Below, piece after piece: positions 26,728 to 34,243 of a DNA stretch of 34,243 bases. The stretch's first letter is position 1. Every line of letters begins with the position of its first letter. The notes beneath the pieces are model-generated. The model made no database searches and was not told the DNA's origin. It saw nothing but the letters and a program-made list of their open reading frames with translations. The stretch spans positions 1 to 34,243 of IMG/VR virus record IMGVR_UViG_3300030493_000010. One strand, 5' to 3'. Source of the stretch: a virus. Lineage: Duplodnaviria; Caudoviricetes. Made by a program: the position numbers and the translations under genes.

Positions 26728-27079
26728 CGATCCTGATTTCCTCTTTAAACTTTTCAAAGATTTATCGAGTCATGCGCCAATATTTGTTGACGTCATGGCC
26801 AGTAATCCAGAACCAGAAACATATGTAGTCCTCGAAAGATTTAATTACGATAAGGCTTCCATCCATGGTGATGGAATTCCACTTTATCGTGACAACGATT
26901 TCACTATTAGATTCTATTCGAACAACCCTTCAACTATTAGAACACTTTACAAACTCTATTCAGCCAAACTCATTAATCATGTTCCTTCGATTCCATTTGA
27001 ATTTAACGGACCTGTTATTGATCCAACTGACAAATCATACTCAGCTGAGATTATAGGTAGATATACTTATGGCGTCTAA
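26702..27079 (+). CDS. Tail terminator/completion protein (true start perhaps TTG 26720)
   Basis: P.TYVV...HGD...F.IRFYS pattern; position. Confidence 0.6.
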   Translation: MRELIPLLDDPDFLFKLFKDLSSHAPIFVDVMASNPEPETYVVLERFNYDKASIHGDGIPLYRDNDFTIRFYSNNPSTIRTLYKLYSAKLINHVPSIPFEFNGPVIDPTDKSYSAEIIGRYTYGV

Positions 27080-27437
27080 TCAAGAATGGATTAATCAATG
27101 GGAAAAAATAGAGAAAGAAATTATTATGATGGTTGGTAAAAAAGTTGAAATAGGACTTGATGCTGCAGCTAAAGAAATGGAAGACGAACTCGAACGAGTC
27201 AGCCCATTCATGGAGCATGCTGGTGAACATATCAAAAACTCGTGGGATAGAAAAAAATACCCTAAAAAGCGATATGTTGGTTCAACTAAGAGAGTTAGAT
27301 ATCAAAATCGTATGGTTCCGCTATCTTCCTTACTCGAATACGGAAAGAATAGCAAGCATAAAGGCTTTATCCGCAAGGCATTTAACAATGCTAAGCCAAG
27401 ACTCATCCAAGCATTTAAAAACGCCATAGGGAGGTAA
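27069..27437 (+). CDS. HK97 gp10-like neck protein
   Basis: SP....H.K.SW, LLEYG, FIRKAF motifs. Confidence 0.75.
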   Translation: MASNQEWINQWEKIEKEIIMMVGKKVEIGLDAAAKEMEDELERVSPFMEHAGEHIKNSWDRKKYPKKRYVGSTKRVRYQNRMVPLSSLLEYGKNSKHKGFIRKAFNNAKPRLIQAFKNAIGR

Positions 27438-27442
27438 TTTTA

Positions 27443-28051
27443 ATGGCTAAAACAAAGGAAGTAATCTTTAACGTTAAAGAGTGCAAATATGCATTAGCTG
27501 CAACTCCATCGACGATTAAAGACGTCGCGTATGTAGACAAAATTTCACTTCAAAAAAATGTTTCATCTCAAAATTTATATGGCGATGGTGAAATTATTCT
27601 TGAGATCCTTGCTGACCAAGGATTAACAGGTTCACTATCACTTGTCACTTATCCAGAAGACCTATTAAAGGATTTAGGTTTCCTTGTTGAAGTTGATGGC
27701 GGTGGGCTTGCTGAAGTTGCAGTTCAATCAACAAAAGAGATCCATCTTTATGTTGAAATCTATTCTCATATTGATGGTCAAACCAAGACAGGGAAGATGT
27801 GGATTTATAACGTAACCGTTCAAAAACCGGATTTAAGTTTTGAACAAAGCAAAGAATCCCCTGTATTTGCTGCATTTGAATTGCCATTGACTATCCTTGG
27901 AGTGAATCTAAAAGCCAATACTGGTCTTGAAGATGAAGTTGATTCAAACGGTATGAAAACGAAAGTATGGCGTAAATCAGTTAAGCCTGGTAACACTGAT
28001 TACGCTAATTTTGGCACTACATTTGCATTGCCAAAAGCAAAAGCAGTTTAA
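27443..28051 (+). CDS. Major tail tube protein
   Basis: SD ggaggt; FNVK..KYA, YGDG, G.TG.L, WIYNV...KP. Confidence 0.88.
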   Translation: MAKTKEVIFNVKECKYALAATPSTIKDVAYVDKISLQKNVSSQNLYGDGEIILEILADQGLTGSLSLVTYPEDLLKDLGFLVEVDGGGLAEVAVQSTKEIHLYVEIYSHIDGQTKTGKMWIYNVTVQKPDLSFEQSKESPVFAAFELPLTILGVNLKANTGLEDEVDSNGMKTKVWRKSVKPGNTDYANFGTTFALPKAKAV

Positions 28052-28056
28052 CCTAA

Positions 28057-28440
28057 ATGATTGTCAATTTACCTAAAGTAGAAAAGGTTTGGGATGATGA
28101 ACAAAATAAAATCATCCCAAAGCATTCTACCGTTCAAGTCAGAATTAACAATAGCGTATTAGCACATCTAAAATGGGAACAACAATTTGAAGATGTAGAA
28201 AAAATGGATTTACTAGTCGCTATTGAACGTGTTCAGGCCACGGCATTAAAATCCAAGGATGTTTCCGATTTACATAAGCATTTAACTTTGATGCTTAGAG
28301 TTCTATTTTGCTTCATTGATTCAGACGATTTTGAATCTTTCGCAGAGTTTGCTTTGCTCTTCGGCGATAATCCAGAACCCATTATGGAAAAACTAAAAAT
28401 CGTATTAACTGAAAACGCGAAAGTATCCTCAAAAAACTAG
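28057..28440 (+). CDS. Tail assembly chaperone (gpG analogue)
   Basis: Between tube and tape measure genes; ends SKN* on slippery A AAA AAC. Confidence 0.85.
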   Translation: MIVNLPKVEKVWDDEQNKIIPKHSTVQVRINNSVLAHLKWEQQFEDVEKMDLLVAIERVQATALKSKDVSDLHKHLTLMLRVLFCFIDSDDFESFAEFALLFGDNPEPIMEKLKIVLTENAKVSSKN

Positions 28441-28730
28441 ATGCTCGATTGGATTATTACCGTAAGCTATATAACATAAAGCCCAGTGATGCGTCAGTTC
28501 CAGTCGAGCCATCAAAAGTATTGGCGCGAATTCAAACAGCTTTAAAAATGGGTTTTCCTTGGGAAATGATAACCACTATACCTAATCACGATCTGAACGC
28601 TTTAATCATTGAAACTGCAATTCAAAATCGATTGAATGAATTGAGTCAAAGAGAAAAAAACAGATTAAATGAGAAGGGTATTGAAAGACACGAAGCAACT
28701 GCAGAAGACTTTGATTCATTCTTCAGATAG
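28431..28730 (+). CDS. Tail assembly chaperone -1 frameshift extension (gpT analogue)
   Basis: Heptamer AAAAAAC at 28431-28437; the -1 frame is open (KLDARLDYYRK...) to 28730; no SD for the TTG start. Confidence 0.8.
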   Translation, partial: KKLDARLDYYRKLYNIKPSDASVPVEPSKVLARIQTALKMGFPWEMITTIPNHDLNALIIETAIQNRLNELSQREKNRLNEKGIERHEATAEDFDSFFR

Positions 28731-28741
28731 GAGGTTCAGCC

Positions 28742-30787
28742 ATGAGTACTAAAATTAGCGGTATTACAATTCCAATTGAAGGCAATATAGACTCATTTCT
28801 GAAATCAATGAAGAAAGTCGATACTGAGATAAATAAGACCGGTAAAACTGTAGACTCATTAAAGAAATCATTAGAGCTTGAATGGGACGATGCACGATTT
28901 ATTGAAACCCAAAAACAAGCTCAAAAAGCGATTAATGACTCTACTGATAAAATCAGACTTATGAAAGTTGAATTTGATCGATTAGAATCCTCTGGTCAAG
29001 TAAATACTACTCAGTTCAAAACACTTCAAGAAGAAATCTTAAAATCAGAATCAAACTTGGTTCTACTAAAACGTAGAATGCAAGAAATTAACGATTTAAA
29101 AATTCAACAAATAGCCAACCAATTCAAGACGGTTGGTGATTCTATTTCTCAAGCAGGACAAAAACTCATGGCATTATCGGCTGCATCCGCAGCTGCTCTT
29201 GCTGGTATGACTGCTTTATTCAATACAACAGTCACGAGTGCTGCAGAGATCGATGATTTATCACAATCAATTAATCTCAATGCTGAAGCTATTCAAAGAT
29301 GGCGTTACATTTCAAAGCAACTAGGTCTAGATAACGGCACACTAACAACTGCACTATCAAAGACTCAAGCTGCATTTGCTGGCATGGCCATGGGGGAAAT
29401 TAACGCATCTACAGAAGCTCTGCAAAGGTTAGGATTTACAACAGAACAAGCGTCCATGGGAATGGATGTAAACTTCGAAATTATGATTCAAAAACTATCT
29501 CAAGTGACAGATGCAACTGAACAAGCTTATCTTGCAAACGAACTGTTTGGGGATAGATTGGGTTCAAAAGTAATACCGTTGCTAAAAGGTGGAGCAGATG
29601 GACTATCTAAGCTTACCGAAGAATTTGAAGCAATGGGTTACATGTCAAACGAACAAGTTAAGGCACTTGCGGATTATGACGATCAATGGACCATGATAAA
29701 ACAATCTTTTATAGAGATTAAAAATCAGTTGGCCATCTCACTATTACCATTATTTCAACAACTAACGTCATTCATTCAAGACAAAGTAGTTCCGGTAGTT
29801 AGAACACTTGCTGAATGGTTTGGTGGTCTCAGTACAGGAACTAAATCAACTGTAGCTGTAATCACGGGGATTGTATCTGCACTTGCTCCAGTATTAATGA
29901 TCGTGGGGAAATTAGTATCCTCATTAGGACCATTGATTTCCGGTGTAAGCAAGCTGAATGGCTTACTAGGAGCTGTTGCAGGTATTCCGGTAATAGGTTG
30001 GATTATAGGTATAATAGCGGTCATTTCTGCTCTGTACGCAACGAACGAGAAGTTTAGAGAATCAATCAATAACTTGGCACAAACATTGATGAGTGCATTA
30101 ATGCCAATCCTAGGAATGGTTGGCGATTTACTTGGGACATTGTTCCAGGCAATCATGCCATTAGTTTCTGCAATTGGCGATGTATTAGCACCTTTAATTA
30201 CAAATATATCAAACGTTTTAAGCCCTCTGATCCAAGTGCTATCCGTACTGTTAATCCCTTTGATGAATTCATTGAAAATATCAATTGCTGTGCTTCAAGT
30301 TCAATTAGCACCATTAATTTGGTTGCTGAAGGGATTAGGTACTGTGATGATGTGGTTAACTGAACAGTTCAGACTCTTCATGAACAAAATGATCGATCAG
30401 ACTTTAAATCCATTATTGGTCCACATCGAAGGGTTCGTGAACAAAGCAATCGATTTGATTAATGGTCTGATAGACTCAATTAATTCGATTGGGGGAGCAT
30501 TAGGTATTAACATATCCAAATTGGATAAAGTTAAACTCCAGTTACAAACCAACCCTGGTGCACCAGTGAAAACCGGTAACACCACTAATAATGCATCTAC
30601 GGTGAATAAGACCATAGATAATGCAGTAGCAAACACTATCGTAAACAACAACGTGACCACCACAACAAATTACGATAATTCAAATCGAAATATCCAAGTA
30701 GACGTCGTGATTCAAAACTATGCTGAACAGATTGACGTCAAGGATCTAACGAGAAGAATCAATCTTGAATTAGCCAAACAAATGTAG
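28742..30787 (+). CDS. Tape measure protein (681 aa)
   Basis: KISGITIPI.G N-terminus, A.ELFG, amphipathic ~11-residue Pro-punctuated repeats. Confidence 0.93.
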   Translation: MSTKISGITIPIEGNIDSFLKSMKKVDTEINKTGKTVDSLKKSLELEWDDARFIETQKQAQKAINDSTDKIRLMKVEFDRLESSGQVNTTQFKTLQEEILKSESNLVLLKRRMQEINDLKIQQIANQFKTVGDSISQAGQKLMALSAASAAALAGMTALFNTTVTSAAEIDDLSQSINLNAEAIQRWRYISKQLGLDNGTLTTALSKTQAAFAGMAMGEINASTEALQRLGFTTEQASMGMDVNFEIMIQKLSQVTDATEQAYLANELFGDRLGSKVIPLLKGGADGLSKLTEEFEAMGYMSNEQVKALADYDDQWTMIKQSFIEIKNQLAISLLPLFQQLTSFIQDKVVPVVRTLAEWFGGLSTGTKSTVAVITGIVSALAPVLMIVGKLVSSLGPLISGVSKLNGLLGAVAGIPVIGWIIGIIAVISALYATNEKFRESINNLAQTLMSALMPILGMVGDLLGTLFQAIMPLVSAIGDVLAPLITNISNVLSPLIQVLSVLLIPLMNSLKISIAVLQVQLAPLIWLLKGLGTVMMWLTEQFRLFMNKMIDQTLNPLLVHIEGFVNKAIDLINGLIDSINSIGGALGINISKLDKVKLQLQTNPGAPVKTGNTTNNASTVNKTIDNAVANTIVNNNVTTTTNYDNSNRNIQVDVVIQNYAEQIDVKDLTRRINLELAKQM

Positions 30788-30799
30788 GAGGTGTTTCAT

Positions 30800-31555
30800 A
30801 TGAGACAATTTAAACTTTGGAATGCTTCTAAAACTGAATCATTCAATTTTGTTGGCCAAGGTTGTATCATTACCGAAGTAACAGGTCTAGGGATTGCTTT
30901 TAACCCAGTAATTCAAAACAAAGCTGTAGTAGATTTCGATTCAACATTTGAAGATATCACCCTTCAAACAATATTCGGAATCAATAGCAATCCCTATACC
31001 GTATATACCAACTTTGCAAATTTCATAGCTTCAAATGGTAAAGCAAAATTAATATTAGAATACGCAGTAAATAATCGTACATTATTCTGTGATGTTTGGA
31101 TTAAATCGATCCCCAAAACTCAGATGGATAGATTTAAAGTAATCTCTGAAAAAATCACATTGGCTAGACTCACACATTGGTATCAAATTGAGTCTGGGAC
31201 AGTTCCGACACATCCATTAACAATGACGATTCAAAACACGCTCATGGACGATATTATAGTGAATTTAAACATTATCGGTCCAACAGGTTATACCTTTGCG
31301 ATCAATCTATCTGAAGGAGCAACCATAGTATCAAAGATTTGGCTAAATGTGGTGTTGGGTGAAACGGCCTTATTAAATATTGATGGTGATAATAAAAAGG
31401 TTACATACATCAATAGTGGCGTTTCAAGTAACGGTTATAACTACATCGACCACACACAAGATACATTTATCATAGTACCAAAAGGGACTTTCACCCTTCA
31501 CAAAACCGGTGAGGGAACAGTTACCTATAGTTACAGAAAATGGGTGATTGACTAA
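30800..31555 (+). CDS. Distal tail (Dit)/baseplate protein
   Basis: SD aggaggtg; RQF.L.N, GLG, FI..PKG; position after tape measure. Confidence 0.8.
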   Translation: MRQFKLWNASKTESFNFVGQGCIITEVTGLGIAFNPVIQNKAVVDFDSTFEDITLQTIFGINSNPYTVYTNFANFIASNGKAKLILEYAVNNRTLFCDVWIKSIPKTQMDRFKVISEKITLARLTHWYQIESGTVPTHPLTMTIQNTLMDDIIVNLNIIGPTGYTFAINLSEGATIVSKIWLNVVLGETALLNIDGDNKKVTYINSGVSSNGYNYIDHTQDTFIIVPKGTFTLHKTGEGTVTYSYRKWVID

Positions 31556-33342
31556 TGTATGTTTCAGTACTAGGTTACAATCTCGTAAATGGTCGAAGAG
31601 AGCATTTAGGTACCATCACTAATATTACATACACAAACACTCGAAGGGTTTTCGATCCAGACACAACATCCTTAATCGGCAAATCAGACGTCAAGTTCAC
31701 TAGACCATTGATTGCAGTCATTAATGATGATAAAGGTAGACAATTCTATGCGGGCTTTTACAAGAATGATTCCCCTTCAACAACTAAATCAGAAAAGATA
31801 GAGTTCAAGATTGATGACTTCAAAACAATCCTAGATACCGATATCATTCTAGATTTCTCAAACGACCTGTCTCCGGATTTCTCCTGGACAGGCATTATCA
31901 CAAAAGTGACTAATCAAATCAAGAATTCAAAAGATCCATTCATTAACAAAGTACCACTTGAATTCATCATTCCTTCTGATTCAACCAGTACACTAGTAAT
32001 CGCTGATTATTCAAAGCAGTATCTAGTAGTCAATGTGAAGCAATTTCTAAAAGTGTACCTGGCATATTTCAATTACTATGTGGCTGCAAGTTACGACGTC
32101 GTGCTAGATAAAATAGTCTTCGAGTTCAAGAAACAACCATTAGATAGAGTGTCTCTCAAACTTAAGGACTTTGTCCACGAAAAAACATCTACAGATATTA
32201 CTTATAACACGACTGAAGCAACCATATCGCATGCGACCATTGAGAATGAATCTTCATGGGAAGATAGTGATGTTGGATACTACAACGCACAATTATCATC
32301 CAACAGAGCATCAATCATCGCTGCTGAGACTCCAGATCCAAACGGATATCCAACCGGATTTGCATTAAGAATAGTATCCGGTCTAACATATCTTCAAGTA
32401 ACTTATGGTGAGTATGCGTCAGCATTGATTAAAAAGACTGTTATGATTCAGCAATACGGTATAAACGTATGCTATGCTGCACCTGATTTAACTTCAGCGA
32501 GCGCTGCTGCAGGTAATGCAAATAACTTATCCGAAGGCACTGTAATTCGCGTTATGTACCAGGTAAATTCAACTGGCGAACAGTGCACTGGGTTTGCAAC
32601 CTATTTACAAGTTGTACCAGTATCCGCAACCTATCACAAACGAAGCGACGTCACATTTAAACCTCGTCCATCGATGCCATCGAAAATCTATTCGATTGGA
32701 ACCGACAATGAGATTTACTCTGGATACGCTCCAGATGATAAACGTATATTTCCTGTCAAACTCAAAATATTCGAATCTAACTACTTATACACCGCTCAGT
32801 TTGATGCGGTTTACGAATTAGTTAACAACAGATATGTAGAGAACATCATTATTACTCAAGACAAGCTTGTAACAACCATCGATCTTGAGTCAATCGATTT
32901 ATACACCATGTTTAGAGTCTACGATGATAATGGCGAATTTAAAGACATTCCCATGTCAGAGAAGACATTTGTTCATGAAGAAACCAAGAAGCATACACAG
33001 ATTAAACTTGGTTTCAAAAAGCAGTTACTAACCGACATATTAAGTGGTGACATCAAAAAAGGTCCTCCAATTCGAAACGCGGTTTCCGGTGGCGGTGGAA
33101 CAACTGTTCAAAAATTTGAAGTGAGTGTGGGTGAAGAGACACCAAACCCCGCAATATATAACACTTGGTTCAAGACTATAAGTGAAGAAGAATCTATGCT
33201 CATGATGATGTCTTCACCCAGTGGTGGTGAATTAAGCGTTGAATCCATGGATGGTGAGTTCATTGAACCCACAGATACACCAAGTGATGATGGGACCGAA
33301 TTAACGGTAGAAGGAGCATCCCCTTATGAAGAGACTTATTAA
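31555..33342 (+). CDS. Baseplate hub/Tal-like protein with internal insertion and acidic C-terminal tail
   Basis: Position after Dit; IKLGFKK..LTD hub terminus followed by a GGGG linker. Confidence 0.7.
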   Translation: MYVSVLGYNLVNGRREHLGTITNITYTNTRRVFDPDTTSLIGKSDVKFTRPLIAVINDDKGRQFYAGFYKNDSPSTTKSEKIEFKIDDFKTILDTDIILDFSNDLSPDFSWTGIITKVTNQIKNSKDPFINKVPLEFIIPSDSTSTLVIADYSKQYLVVNVKQFLKVYLAYFNYYVAASYDVVLDKIVFEFKKQPLDRVSLKLKDFVHEKTSTDITYNTTEATISHATIENESSWEDSDVGYYNAQLSSNRASIIAAETPDPNGYPTGFALRIVSGLTYLQVTYGEYASALIKKTVMIQQYGINVCYAAPDLTSASAAAGNANNLSEGTVIRVMYQVNSTGEQCTGFATYLQVVPVSATYHKRSDVTFKPRPSMPSKIYSIGTDNEIYSGYAPDDKRIFPVKLKIFESNYLYTAQFDAVYELVNNRYVENIIITQDKLVTTIDLESIDLYTMFRVYDDNGEFKDIPMSEKTFVHEETKKHTQIKLGFKKQLLTDILSGDIKKGPPIRNAVSGGGGTTVQKFEVSVGEETPNPAIYNTWFKTISEEESMLMMMSSPSGGELSVESMDGEFIEPTDTPSDDGTELTVEGASPYEETY

Positions 33343-33736
33343 TATCGAATTAAAAGAAAATCAAAACTATGCTGAGCTGATTCCATACGTGGAATTACTT
33401 GAACAGAAATATGTTTCACCAGATATGCCGATTGCTGTTGTGGATACGAGTAGAAGATACAAGAATCCAGTCATTTACGGTTCTTATGGCAATCTACCCA
33501 TGGTGCGTGACTCCGATGAAATGCCAGGCTTATTATCCAAAGTGAAATTGTTCAAATTTGTTGTGAACAAAGAAACAGGAAGAGTTAAAGAATTCGTTGC
33601 TGGTGAAGTAATCGATCAGAACGCTGAATTCCTTGTTCCATATTATTTACCAAAAGACACTAGAGTGGATCAATTGGTATTTAATGAAGGTAGAATTGAC
33701 TGGTTAAAACCGGTTGTCGAACAGGATGTGAACTAA
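33326..33736 (+). CDS. Hypothetical tail-region protein
   Basis: SD aaggag; 136 aa between hub and fibre 1. Confidence 0.7.
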   Translation: MKRLINIELKENQNYAELIPYVELLEQKYVSPDMPIAVVDTSRRYKNPVIYGSYGNLPMVRDSDEMPGLLSKVKLFKFVVNKETGRVKEFVAGEVIDQNAEFLVPYYLPKDTRVDQLVFNEGRIDWLKPVVEQDVN

Positions 33737-33737
33737 G

Positions 33738-34243
33738 ATGAGTACTTACAAATCCGAGTACCATCGATTTGATGGTTCTACATGGCATCTTCACTATTTT
33801 AAAACATCAGCGGATTTGATTGTTGAAACAGCAACATACAAAGTTATGACTGCCGATGAGCGCACTGCAATCAACACCTATCTTCAATCGTTCAATGTTG
33901 CAGACAAACTTGTTAAGGTGAATCCATCATCTGGATTTGGTGCAGAAAGCAGTAAGATTCCATCTAGCTTGATCCCAGATCTTCCATATTTGCCACTATA
34001 TCAACCAATTGGTGGTTCTACAGTGTTTGGCTCAGTTACATTCAATGACATTGTTGAATTTTCAGCCAATGTTGAAATCGGCTCATTATACGTATCAAAC
34101 ATAACGAACGATGGTGGAAGCATTACATTTGGTGGACTTGACAACGTCAATTTTGATGGCGCAATTCTAATGAACGTTGGAGATCCAACACTAGGTCATC
34201 ACGCTGCAAACAAAGCTTATGTGGATGCTCAAGTCATGGCAGG
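33738..34243 (+). CDS. Tail fibre protein 1, N-terminal part (continues through the origin to 821)
   Basis: MSTYKSEYHRFDGSTWHLHYFKTSADL... is open to the window end; 144 codons precede the Met equivalent to position 54. Confidence 0.85.
   Translation, partial: MSTYKSEYHRFDGSTWHLHYFKTSADLIVETATYKVMTADERTAINTYLQSFNVADKLVKVNPSSGFGAESSKIPSSLIPDLPYLPLYQPIGGSTVFGSVTFNDIVEFSANVEIGSLYVSNITNDGGSITFGGLDNVNFDGAILMNVGDPTLGHHAANKAYVDAQVMA
34117..34243. repeat. Terminal direct repeat (copy of 1-127)
   Basis: Exact match to window start; circular genome of 34,116 bp. Confidence 0.97.

Noticed and set aside
269-30663. Minus-strand and nested alternative-frame ORFs in the track (e.g. 269-574, 4515-4865, 24367-24699, 29776-30156)
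   Set aside because: They are shadows of well-supported + strand genes, with no SD or recognisable motifs.
1-34243. Alternative genetic code (TGA=Trp or TAG recoding)
   Set aside because: Genes are full length in code 11, TGA and TAG end genes at tight overlaps, and Trp is TGG.

Overview
A complete, circularly assembled siphovirus genome of 34,116 bp. The first 127 nt are repeated at the end, which is an assembler overlap. It is low GC and uses the standard code (TGA = stop), and essentially every real gene is on the + strand. There appear to be two transcription blocks, each closed by an intrinsic terminator. The early block (~4987-18874) holds an AT-rich moron with a truncated HicA-like toxin, an XRE regulator, HNH, a short tyrosine recombinase, a replication initiator with internal iterons, a DnaI-like loader, Dam fused to PcfK, PcfJ, a methyltransferase broken by a G10 tract, ASCH and YopX. 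The late block (19621 across the origin to 4881) holds cos-type packaging genes, an HK97-type head, a non-contractile tail with a -1 frameshift chaperone, a chain of tail fibres and membrane proteins. I recognise no endolysin, CI-type divergent lysogeny module, SSB or helicase. Best leads: a candidate phase-variable poly-G methyltransferase; an endolysin-free lysis cassette suggesting a wall-less code-11 host; a head-to-tail split-motif fibre docking chain; a toxin-truncating junction at the start of the early region; and three genes with nested in-frame starts. All product calls come from motifs and gene order read by eye, not from database searches.
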